The notes below the pieces were generated by a model. The model saw nothing but the letters and a program-made list of their open reading frames with translations, made no database searches and was not told the DNA's origin. A stretch of 60,892 nucleotides of DNA, filler included, from Hausera hauseri (taxonomy: Eukaryota): assembly GCA_046269625.1 (NCBI GenBank). It is 11 parts of 11 records of this genome, joined end to end, with 100 filler letters (N's around TTAATTAATTAA, not from the genome) between each part and the next. Parts side by side here need not be neighbours in the genome. Positions count along the whole stretch, not along the records: positions 10,627 to 15,219 come from JBJURY010513349.1; positions 15,320 to 21,304 come from JBJURY010158089.1; positions 21,405 to 28,249 come from JBJURY010059329.1; 8 more parts are not named here. One strand, written 5' to 3'. Positions 10,627 through 22,299 of the stretch are shown here, piece after piece (position 1 is the first letter of the stretch; each line of letters begins with the position of its first letter). The translations under genes and the position numbers were made by a program.

Positions 10627-12740
10627 CATAAATATCCTCTGTATGGATCTGATAGATGAAACTATCAGTATCCATATACATCAGCTGCATGGACTTGAAC
10701 TTGAGGACCATGATGTCATAATGGAATCTGTACATTAGGGTCTTTGACAGATTTAATGCTGCCATACCCCACATATATGGGCTTGTTGAATACTAATGCT
10801 GTTTTCAGCATATGGATGCCTTAACAGCCATAAAGAAATGAGCCGGATCCAAAGCATGGCTCTTCATTGTAACATCCCTGAAACTCTCAAAGACATCAGT
10901 CAGCAGCAGAACGTCCTTCTTGAGACATATGCGCTGTATTCCCCTAATGTTCGGTATTGAAATGCCTGCCAGACGTGCTGAGCATGCTGGTAGTCAGCAT
11001 TACTGATATCGCAATCAGAGAGGATATTGTAAAAGTCCTTCTTGGCCGGCAATGAGGTCTCATCCAGTGTTTCCCAGGAAGTTATATAGTCATAGGGAAA
11101 CACGCTTTTCCTTTTGACTAGATCAAATGCAGTGGGAAAGAACCGCTTTGTCTACATGAGTTCTTCGGAAGGGAGGTTCTTAACCAAACTGTCAAATGAA
11201 GACGGCATGAAACGGAATCTGTCTACGAAGCGAAGCCTGATTTTCCCAACATGCTTGGTAAATGTGATGTATTTTTCCTCGCTATTACGGATCACATCAA
11301 TGTTCCCATTAATGTTGCCCAGTTTCCGAACAATGAAGTGGGAATCACAGCCACTGACATTATGGAACACTACAGGCACATATGTGGATGCTTTGCAACG
11401 TAGATTGCAGTTGTTACATGCCGCGCTCCGATATTTGCCTATAAAATGGCAATGATCCGTGACTTTATAATTATCCATAGTGAATAATTTTGAGAACAAG
11501 TAATATGCTGTTGCCTTGCACCATTCTTCTTCTTGCTGCTTCAGAATGCTCATGGTATACCTATGCTGCTGCATATCTCCAATTCTACGAGCCATATCTT
11601 CAAGTCGTTTCATGAAATGAGCTTCTGCCCCTGGACCCCTGAATAGATGTGGTTCACTGTCCAGTCCTTTGGCATACACGCAATATAATGAAACCTCATT
11701 ATATTGGTATGCCGTTGTGCTGCTATATTGGGGATTAGGACTGCAACCCTGAACTGGGCGCAGAATAGCCTGAAAGTGACAATAGATAACTACTGGGACC
11801 TTGATCTTCTCCTCGAACTCCTTGAATTGAATGTAATCCTCCTTGGAAAAATCTGGCCTGATACAATAATTGCTGTTGCAGTACATTTTGTGCTCTTTCG
11901 GCTTCAATACAGCTACGTCGCCGCTGAAATGTGACAAGCATCGTTTGCATACTTCTATTTCTCCATGATGTTTCGTAATTTGTGATCTGACTATCCGCTC
12001 AGTCTTTGATCCAAACATAATGTTTCTTTTCTCCATCATCTAGTAGGAGCAGATCTCTATAATCTTTCAATTCAGCATAGCATATCTGCAGGGGATAGAA
12101 TTTATCACCCTCATCTAATCCCAAGATATTGATGGACATGTTATTGACTTATCCAAAATTTTTAACTTCATCTATGGATGGAGGGAACTTGATACATTGG
12201 AAGTCATAGTTGTGCTACGCATCCTTATATAGCCAAACTCGTGAAGCATGATTTTGATCCGTTACGAGTTTTGATAGAATGGCATACATGAAGCAAATGT
12301 TGTCGTTATTATAGACATTGACACATGCTTTTTTATTAGCTATCCAATCAAGGAACTGAATATATGAACTGCCCCGCATGGTAGAGTACTTGTGAAAATA
12401 CCCAATCAGTCTCCTGATGGTTGCCAGAGGCCATCCGCTATTCTTATCCTGGCTTTCCCCGGCTTCACGGATCAGCTTCTCGTTCGCCTCTTGCATCCAT
12501 TCTACTATATTGATGTTTTTCTATATGGGTCTATTTTTGGTCTTGAAGGCCATATTAGATTCTTCGCCATCAACATTGATGTATGTGGCCTCCAGTTTCA
12601 TATTGGCCTTAAGGACTTTGAGCTCAGCCATGTTGTCGTGACGAATCCCCTCTGTCTCTTCCTTTGTGTATAAAAGGAAGTCTTGGAGGGTTGTTTGACC
12701 AGTTGCATCAATTACATATCTGCGGTATTTTCTCTTAAAT
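10627..12740 (-). pseudogene. Polinton/Maverick protein-primed DNA polymerase B (EndoVII-containing type), fragmented
   Basis: SGW..GSSYI..KKACVNVYNND.ICFMYAIL; CKRCLSHF; DHCHFIGKYR.A.CNNCNL; VVFHN.SG.DSHFI; FVDRFRFMPSS; FPYDY; KPIY..LSKTLMYRFHY; YMDTDS. Many stops and frameshifts. Confidence 0.92.
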
Positions 12741-12949
12741 GCTGCCGCATCAACTGGCCGCTGTCTTTGGCTTTTTGATTGGGCCGCTGTGTCTGATGTG
12801 GCTGTGCCTGATGCAGCTGCGCATGATGCGGCTGCGCGTTTCAATTCTGTAATATGTTTTGCATCTGCTGCACCAGATCTAGCAGCATAATGCGAAGCAG
12901 AATACTGCGAAGCAGAATACTGCAAAGCAGATGCATCAAGATTATGTTG

Positions 12950-13512
12950 CTCATTAAAGATGGCCTTCTTTGAATTTAATGTGAAGTGACTCAAAGGATG
13001 TTTGTGATAATAATAGGACTGTATGTAATCTGCGCCGCATACAGTCTCACATCCTGGGTATATATAATAGAGGATCCTATTGAATTTGTATCCATAATAG
13101 ATCCTCATAATATTATGACAGTTCTGAGGGTTGTGTATTGCACATGTGCAAAACACGTATGAACTGCATCTTTGATTTTGCTTAGACATGGAAATCATTA
13201 TTGGCAGAGTGGTATTGAATATTTGTTTCTTAGACTTGGTGAAGGGAATCAGGTGTTGTTTATGGGCATTGTAAAAGTCTTCATATTTGGTCTAGCACAC
13301 TACCTCACATGTAGGGCATATATAATATTCAGCCCTGTTGTATAGATGGTTGAAGTATTTCTGCATAACGTTGTGTCAGTTTCCAGGTTTGTGGATTTGA
13401 GCCAAGCATTGCATGTATAGATTGCACATGTAAAAAAAATTATTTGGGGAGCAGAAATAAAAATCTCACCATTCGTGGAAGTGATTTTGCAAATAACAAA
13501 ATATATAGCCAT
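12950..13512 (-). pseudogene. Tandem Cys/His (atypical zinc-finger) module upstream of PolB
   Basis: Manual translation gives HNVMQKYFNH..YYICPTCEVVC*TKYEDFYNAHKQHLIPFTKSKK and a second repeat CHNIMRIYY..YIYPGCETVC..YYYHKHPLSHFT. Both are homologous to ORF 56088-56582. Confidence 0.65.
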
Positions 13513-15319
13513 ACCAACGCATACTGCCTCATTTATGGATTTTTTTTATTTTCGAACATTCTATAACACATTGTTTTAATGCATCAAATAAATTAAAGGC
13601 ACTTGGGCGCCAAATAGGTTTTCGTACATGAGCAATCGAATGGAGTGATCAGATTATTCCAATAATGCATGCTTGACCGAATATTATAGAATTTTTCAAT
13701 GTTTTATTCATTTCGAGACTGTTTCAAACACTTTGCCCACCCTATTTTTGGTCTACAAAGGTTTTTGGACATGGGCAATCCGACGGTACTATTGGAATAT
13801 TCAAATTCGATCGAAAAATCGGCTTTCATATTTAAGCTTCTTTTCGAATTTCTGACGTTATATTCAGATTCTACATATATAGATTTCTATCCCTCTATGC
13901 TTTTAGATTTTTCGATTTTTGCTTCTATTCGAATAGAAAATCAAATATTCGAAAAGTTCGATTTGTATTCGAGTTTTCGGATATCTGACATCATAATCGG
14001 ATACAGCACATGTTAATTTCTATGTGTACGCTTTTACATTTTTCGATTTCAACTTGTTTGTGTGCTAAAATCAACTTTATAGGTTTTATCGGAAAACCGT
14101 TATTATTGATTAAAGCACACTTGCACATGTGCGACACATCTGAAAAGTGCTGTATAGATGCATTAAGACATGCGGAATCGACTGGCGCTCTCAGATTTCT
14201 CAAAAACTTGACGAGTGCCAAGATAGTAGATACTATTCGGTGAAAACCGATATTTATTTGAGTTGATAACCGAATTTCGGAAATCTCAGATGGAAGACCC
14301 GGGTTACAATGTGGCACTTCCTATCTGTCCCAGCTAAATGTTGTAGAGAATTTTGAATCCTTAGGACCTAAAAGCTATGGGAATTCCGCACTAGCTGCAT
14401 TTTTAATGGATATTATTCGAAATCCATTCCATCGATTTAAATTCTAATTGCATATTCACATAGTGCACCGTATTTCCAATCAAATGCACCTAGTCACATG
14501 TGCTAATCATCAATATTTGAAGTATCGAAAAACTGATATTTTTGATTTTTTCACACTTGTGCATGTGCAATTCACCAGCACTGTGCACCAATCTATGCGC
14601 TTAATGTGCACTATCGATTAGCACTTTGTCCAGATGGAATCAATTAATACTGCACTATGCAGCAATCGATTTGTGAAATGTACAAAAATGTGTTTAGCAA
14701 CGGTTCCTAACGGCACCGTTGCCTATCACATTACCGATCGATAGTGCACCTTGTGCACTATCGATTAGCACATATGCAAATTGCTTTCCGATTTACACAC
14801 CCCGGGGGTGGTGAAGACTTCCCATTTTCTCCCTACTGGCCGAACTAAGTAATATTATATTTTTTGATGTTTTGTTTAAATATTAAATAAATTATGGGTT
14901 TCTTTGAATAATCTTTTAATTCCACAGTAATCTGTGTCCGATTTATCATTTTTACATATTGTTGAGACATCACAGTATACTGAAAGAAAAGGCTTTGGTT
15001 TTGCAATTCGTTAATATTTCGCGAGGGAGAAAGGAAATTAGATATTAGCTAAATTCGTGTGACGTGCGATTCTGATAATAAAGCGGTTACTGAATCGTCT
15101 ACATATCTTAATATATTTTGGCTCCAAATTATTTCAGAATAGATAATGAAAATTTTGTAACAAACCAAGAGTCGCATAGTGAAAGTTTCCATTTCTCTGA
15201 AGATACGAATCAAACTAGTNNNNNNNNNNNNNNNNNNNNNNNNNNNNNNNNNNNNNNNNNNNNTTAATTAATTAANNNNNNNNNNNNNNNNNNNNNNNNN
15301 NNNNNNNNNNNNNNNNNNN

Positions 15320-16083
15320 ATTCCGTGACATTGGGGATGGTAAGCTGTGGTAGTTAATGGTTCGATTTCAAAAATCTTGGTAATTTTGTCGAACAGTTCA
15401 CTCGTGAAGCTTCTTCCTCGATCTGTCAATATTTGTTCGGGTGGTCCGTATCTGCAAATGATTTTCCGGACTACCGCTTCTGCCAAGGTATCGGCCTATT
15501 GGTCTAATAGCGCTATAAGCTCGACGAAATGAGTCAATCGATCTGCACACGTCAGAATGTATTTGTTATTCTTGTGGGTCGTAGGCAACGGTCCTACAAT
15601 ATCCATAGACATTGCTTGCATTGGTCTATCGTGTACGTCGATAGGCTTAAGCTCGGCGACGTAATTTTTTACTTTACTTTGCTTGGTTGCACTCACTTCG
15701 CAAGCATTCACCCAATTTCTCACGTCGATGTAGATGCTTGGCCAATAGTACTTATTTAAAATCCTTTCTAATGTCTTTTTCCATGACATGTGTCCCGCTA
15801 AGTATAAATCGTGTTCGGCCATGATAACTTCCGTTCGTAATCCTTTCGGTATGACGACTAATTTCCGTCCTTTTCGTTCGTAATATAACACATTTTCGCG
15901 GTTCAAATCTCCAGCGACACAGTATTTGTGACCATATCGTCGTAAGTGTTTCCGTAACTGATGACCTTTGGGTGTTACGTTGGTCTCAACGAACTCGATA
16001 ACCTGTTGTATAACCTTGTCTTTCTTCTGTTCATCAGCAATCTTCAATGCCTTATTTAGTATGAGAGAGGCGTATTTGAGCAT
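15320..16083 (-). pseudogene. Gypsy-type DDE integrase (Zn finger and catalytic core), truncated by the contig end
   Basis: HDLYLAGH..YYWP..CEVS (HHCC-like); MDIVGPLP; ICRYGPPEQILTDRG; TTAYHPQCHG. One internal stop. Confidence 0.92.
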
Positions 16084-16199
16084 ATATTAGGATTTCTGTT
16101 CTAGGCGGTATGGTTTCATCCACTGGAATCCACATTTCACCAAATTTTGTGTCTTTCGTGGTTTTAACGCCTTTTATCGGGACAAGTTCTATTAACTTG

Positions 16200-16530
16200 C
16201 CTGCATTGAAATCGATTGCTATATTGGGTAATTGCCTCAATAGGTCACACCCTAACACTACATTATCCTTTAATTGCTCCATTACTGAAAATTCGTGATG
16301 AAAAATCTGTCCCATTATGTGAATTTCTGGTTTCCAACGAAATTTACTTTTCGACGATTGTGCGAAGACTCCAATGCTTCTTTGATCTGTCGTAGGAGGT
16401 GGACATAATTGTTTCCGTAAGAATTGTGGTATCGAATCATATTTTATCAGTGATATTTCAGATCCTGTATCTATTAGTGCATAAACCTCCTAATCTTCCA
16501 ATTGAATCTTTGCGAAGGGCCTGCCTTCGA
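16200..16530 (-). pseudogene. Retropepsin-type aspartic protease
   Basis: GRPFAKIQLED*EVYALIDTGSEISLIK (DTG at 16471-16463) and a downstream VVLGCDLL motif. Confidence 0.88.
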
Positions 16531-17199
16531 TTACTGTACCATAATAGCTTGGTGCTATCTTGGGTTGTCGTATGGTAAACACATTGTAACCATTGATGGT
16601 AACTTCAGTGGTTCCAACTGGCTGCTCGACTAACTGTCTTAACTCTCCAATTGGGTATAGTGCATTATTCGTTTCATTCGCGTTTTCTACTCTCTGGTTT
16701 CTAACTGGCGGCTGAACATCTGAGGTGCGGAGATTTCGTGCTTCATGGCTTCGAGTAAATATCGATTGCGTTTCGTTTGGTTTAGGTATTTTGGGCGAGT
16801 AAATTATACCGTGGTCGTCGACTGCTGATCTATGGTGTGGAGTCGAGGTTTTCTCTGTTTCGTGGATCTTACGCAATATCCCATAGCGTTTTGTTCCTTC
16901 GTAAGGATTTTGTAAACTAAACGGCTTCCGATAGATGTTTGTCTGGCATGAACTCATAGATTGTTTCTCGCAATCTTCATATATAGGCGCCGTTGGCGGC
17001 AATATTGGTAATGGTAGTTTCATAACGGAGTAATTTTTGTTCCTGTTTGGCCTAAAGAGGACGTCTCCTCCCTTAGGCTCCTCATCATCCGAATTATTTC
17101 TTCGTGTCTTAGCTTTTATAAATTTTTGCCTGTAGTCGAATATACCTCTGTTCTGTTTTCGATTATGGTAGTCAACATGTCGCTCTACATTTGTTTTCC

Positions 17200-19050
17200 A
17201 TTTACTCTCTTCATAAGCCTTTAACAATTTGCCGAAGGGAGTAATAATAGCCCTTAAAATTTTGCACGAAAATCCTGTTAAGGTAAATATCTCATATCCG
17301 TTTATGATTGCCTGAATTATAGCTTTTACCAGTTGAATTAAAAAATATATCGCTAGAAATTCTGACGCGGCTTGTCCGAATATTAGGAATCTTCCCAAAA
17401 TTTATGTATAATATTTCTGTAGTTATCTTCTTATAATAGCCAATACCAAGTAATGACTCCCATTTTGCTTGGTAACGCGAGTCCTCTAATATTGTGTGCA
17501 TTGCTCGATTCAGTTTCTGCGTACGCTGACAAGGAAAGGCGAGAAACTGTCGGAATGCCTCTACTTCTTTTTGTCGGTAAATGCCTTTCGCAGCTCTGTC
17601 CTGAAATTTACCATCAGCTATTCCCTTTATTACGTTCGTTCATGTCAACTTGGCAGGTGGCGCGATAATACCACAGTTCAGTAAACTTACCCAGTCGGGC
17701 TCGCTACGTCTGAACATCGGTTTTCCTAAGCTAGTTTTACAGTCTCTCAAGATTGTCGGTTGAGTGGCATTTGCCAACAACACTCTGGTAATTGGCGTTC
17801 CTAATCTCGGTACGTCCTGAAATATCACTGGGAGTTCTTGTATACATCTCTTTTCTTCCACATTAACCGGTATGTCCTTTTTCTTGCACTCATACGTCAA
17901 TAGGACTTCTCCGGTTACTCGTCCAAAAACACATTCTTTCATCGGAATTATTTGTGATGCCAACTTGGGATTTGCGTATATTAGAGGTAGTTTAGTTCTC
18001 ATGATTTCCAAGTCCAATTTACAGTCGTTCGTTATCATCCTGTGACATAACTCTGTTATTCCGGCTTGTCCTTTATAGTAGAAATAGTCGTCTCTCTTTT
18101 TTAGATAATCCTCAATTCGAATGTCTTGAGTCTCCAGTTTAAACGTTCTAGTGTTTATTTCGGTCTCAGCTACAAAGAATGCCTCATAATTTGTGGCATA
18201 CATTATGACATCTGATCTTGTGAGTACATCTTTCTTCACAAACTTTAGTCCATGAGTGTCAGAAATTAGTATAGTAAGTGTTGACTGTTCTGCTACCTCT
18301 TTTCATGTTTTAGAATTAGTTTCTGTACTACTTATGTATCGTTTCCCTGTCATTTCACTGAACTTAAGTTCTTTAATTTTGATAAAATTACAATCGGTCT
18401 TTATTGGAGGTTCCAAAATTACTACAGAACTTCGAAACGGACATGTGCCATCATGAATGTGGCACTTGTGGTTTTCTGTGTAAAGCTTTGTAACGCTATG
18501 GAATATCACCTTTTGTACGCGAATTTCGGTTTCATAAAAGTCTACTACTACGTCATTCGATTCTAGTCCTTTCCCGGTGTCGTATTCAGCACCTTGAAAA
18601 TGCCCGGTGTGCATGTCTAACCTTCCTGCCGCTACTTTATACACTCTGATTATTTTCCCTTGTTGCATTTCTAATTCCATGCCGTCCCATTTTGTTATTC
18701 CCGTTTCTCTAGCTTGCTTACAGTGTTGTCGTTCTAAATTCATCGGAATTGGTGGGGTTGTCGGCTTTATTACTGACTAGCGCCCATGTATTTGTCCACA
18801 ATGGAAAATGCTGCGAAATCGTTTCAACATACATTCTACTCCATCTAATGCAATTAGTTCACGTTGTTGGTATAACACGTAACTTTTTTCTTTTGTTTCT
18901 AATTTGTGTGGTCTCGCGTTTTTACACATTTCCAAGTCCATTAGTGAGTATTTTTGGCCAAGTCTAAATTTGTCACAATTATATACTGTGACTGCACCCA
19001 TTTGTTTTATCAACATCATCATGGTCAAAAAGTTTATTAGCCAATTCGAT
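17200..19050 (-). pseudogene. Chuvirus/Monjiviricetes-like class III fusion glycoprotein (env-like), fragmented
   Basis: Hydrophobic signal-like stretch then VTVYNC..YSLMD..C; C.LKR...FHCG; GEVLLTYEC..C.QELPV..PITRVL..C..PMF; C-terminal TM region FLIFGQAASEFLAIYFLIQLVKAII..ING..GFS. Confidence 0.8.
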
Positions 19051-21304
19051 TCGCTTCCTCTACGATTTCCAGTTACATTTTGTAGCAATTCTCCGAATCT
19101 ATTGCTATAGAAGGAGAATCCACTTTGATGTTCTTCCTCTTTTTCGAATAACTTAGACTAATTCTCTTCTCGGGGTAGCTTTTTGGCAGCCTTTCTTGCC
19201 AAACTAGTAGCCTTGATGAACTCATTTTCCCGATTCGGATTGGTTTTGATGGCCAGGTATAGCAACACTTTTCTCAGTTCCTCTATAGTATTCTCTACCA
19301 TAATTTTCTCGATTATCGTTTCATCACTTAAAGTGCTCTTAGTTGATTTACAGCGGAGGTTCTTCATGGCCTTTGCGGCGTTCGCTATGGCCTTCTCCTT
19401 CTCGTCTAATATATCACTGCTGAGGCTAGAGTAGTTTACTATTCTTATCAAATTTTTTATCAGTTCGTTCAATTCCTCATTATCTGCGCTAAAGGTCGGT
19501 ATGGACATCTGTCACAATTCTCTAATCAAGTCTCCATTATAATCGATTTCCTCTTGTATCTTCCGTGGCCTACCGACAGGACGCTTCTTTTTCGTTACAA
19601 CAGGTATGTTGCTATCAATCGGTACTAAGTTTTTATCATATTGCTCATTATCTTCATCCGTTTATAAATACTCAAAATACACTGCTGCATCTCGGACTCC
19701 TATTATTCGTCCTACCTGTTGTTCTGCTTTGGCCTTTCTTATAGCCTCTTCCTTTGTTTCGTCGATAGCGGTGGTTACCACCAACCGGTTCACTTCATCT
19801 GGGATAATTCCAACTTTTATTAATAGTTCCGTCTCGTCTAGTATTCCTCCTCGGAAATGAAGCCTGTAGTTTAACTCATTAGCGTATCCGTTGTGCTCTA
19901 TCCGCAGTAATACATCCCTTACAAGGGAGCGCGTAATGAACTCTTGTTCCTTCTCGTCCGTCCAATCTAATGCTATTTTTACTGGAATCGTCTCTTCTGC
20001 CTTTGCCTTTAGAATTTTGGCATATTCTTTGAGTAAAACCTTAGGTATTGTACTGAAGATCGTACCTTTACTAGCTAATTTAGTTAGAGTGGGGACTAAC
20101 TGTCTTAATTGAATTTCAGTGAGATTTATTTCAGTCAGCTGAGTTAAGTCCTTCTCGGTTTGTGCTCGGTCCAGAAGCATTTCTACGTTAAACCTTTGTT
20201 CAGGAGAATACATGTCCATTTTGCCTAAGTGTATTGGGGTTTTCGGATTTTTCGCAATCATTGCATATAAATAGGCTTCCCAATTTGGTTCATTTTCATT
20301 ATCTGGCAGTTGATAGTTCTTCAACGGGGTATCGGCTGGCCTGCCCACCACTGTGGGCCACGTAATTGCTCGGAGTTCTTGTAGTTTCTGCTGCATCTGG
20401 ACCATTTTTGTCGTTCGGAAATATCGCCCATTAGCGGACGTTTGGTGGAGCAGTGTTAACAACGAACATAATCCTTCGGGTGAAATTAGACTCTTTTCTT
20501 GGTATTTCGTTTGTTCGGACGTGACATCTCTTTGCCATCTTTGAATGAATTGTGACTTGTCAGCTTTTTCGGCTTCTGTAAGGACGTATTTGTTTTTATA
20601 GACTTCGAGTTCTCTAGTTAGTTCGTCCAACCTTATCGCTCTCTGTTTTATCTTAATGCAAGTTTCTTCGACTTGCTGTATCTGCTGCAACAATTTCCTT
20701 AGTTTCTCATCACTAATTTCTACCATTTCTTCCATCAATAGCGCTAATTCGTACATCTCTTTAATGCTCTTTGAATCCGGATCCATCGCATCTAATAATT
20801 TTTTTACGAACTTGATCTCTTCGAAGTTAAGGTGGCGGTCGTTCTTCATTTTAATTAGTTCGGTATGAAGTCTTTGATCCGTTCCATCTCTCCATTCTTG
20901 AGGACGATGTAAGAACTTAACTGCTTCTTTAACGACTCACCGGTATTCGGGACAAAAGTCCAAAGTTTTAAGATCTCGGATCGAGATTTCTTCGATAGGT
21001 TTGACTGTCAACCAGAGTATTCCATTCAGGCGGACATCTGTTAATCGTGGGTAGAAATCGCAAGTCGCATTTCGCTTTCGCGTGAAGTTTGTTTCCTCAA
21101 TCATTTTATATATATCATTTAGCACCATCATCTCTTCTTTCTTTCCCATAAAGTTTAATTGACGTAGTGCCTCGAATTGGGTTCGGATGTCAACCTCTGC
21201 TTTCATCGTATCTAGGTTTCGGGCGTCTTCTTCCAGCTGCTTCTTAACTGTAGGTTCACTTTCTGGGAATTCCTTTTTCCGGCTGGCCACTAATTCATTC
21301 AGCC
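19051..21304 (-). pseudogene. About 750-aa unknown helical region with an AT-hook, in frame with the glycoprotein
   Basis: ORFs 21290-20937, 20849-19662, 19508-19158 and 19088-18777 share one frame (gaps of 87, 153 and 69 nt) and are separated only by point stops. KRPVGRPRK lies at 19586-19560. Confidence 0.7.
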
Positions 21305-21404
21305 NNNNNNNNNNNNNNNNNNNNNNNNNNNNNNNNNNNNNNNNNNNNTTAATTAATTAANNNNNNNNNNNNNNNNNNNNNNNNNNNNNNNNNNNNNNNN
21401 NNNN

Positions 21405-22116
21405 AGTGTTGTCAGAAAAAATTGGAAATCTTTGAAAAACTTGGTGATGCATTTCTGAAACACATAATCACAGAAGATGAGACACCTCTGAACCGTTATA
21501 TATCTGAAACTCAAAGTGAATATGTTGAATGGAAGATTCCAGGAGCCAAAATCACTGAAAATGAGAACTGGCACTCCCACAAGAAATGCCTGATGCTCAC
21601 AATCTTTCTTAACGTGGATTTCGCTGCAGCAGATGTCAAAATCAACTCTGATTATTATGTGCAACTTATAAAGGAAGCCAGAAGAAAGCGGCAAAAAAGA
21701 GGAAAGAATGAATTACGGCTACTGCATGACAATGCCCTTATTTTTACATCCACCTGACAACAGCAACAATTGATTACGTGGATTATCAGTGGTGACTCAC
21801 CCACCATACAGTCCTGACCTCACCCCTAGTGATTTTCACGTCTTCCGACAACTGAAGAAGGATTTACGAGGAAAATTCTTCGATTGTGCTAGTGACATGC
21901 ACCAGTATGTCACAGATTTGCTGATTTCATTCCCAAAAACCTTCTATGTAAAGGGCTTTTTGGACTTGATGTCACAATGGCGAAAATGCGTGGAAGTAGT
22001 TGGAACTTACATTGAGAAATAAACCTAGACAGGTTGCTTGTTTGTTGTTGAAAGTTTGAATAAAATTGGTTGTTAATTTCTTGTCGAGTCTAAATACTTA
22101 ATGGGCGCACCACGTA
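21405..22116 (+). mobile_element. Mariner (DD34D) transposon relic with 3' TIR and TA target site
   Basis: IITEDET, LLHDNA and HPPYSPDLTPSDFHVF motifs. TIR-like TAAATACTTAATGGGCGCACCACG ends at 22114 and is followed by TA. Confidence 0.9.
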
Positions 22117-22281
22117 ATTTGTACAAGGAAGTAAAAAATCCCACATCCAAGCAGATGAAGTAAATATATCCTTGAGTTTACAAAAATTTATTAGAATTAT
22201 TGATAATGAAAAGTATTATAGTTAATTTTTACAACTAATAAACGATTTCAACTAGTTATCAGTCACGTCGATAATATTTCA

Positions 22282-22299
22282 TGTGTGTGTGTGTGTGTG
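22282..22299. repeat. (TG)n microsatellite
   Basis: About 9 TG units. Confidence 0.9.

Noticed and set aside
14344-14385. VENFESLGPKSYG resembling a PolB C-terminal motif on the + strand
   Set aside because: Isolated short match with no convincing DTDS or other PolB motif in frame.
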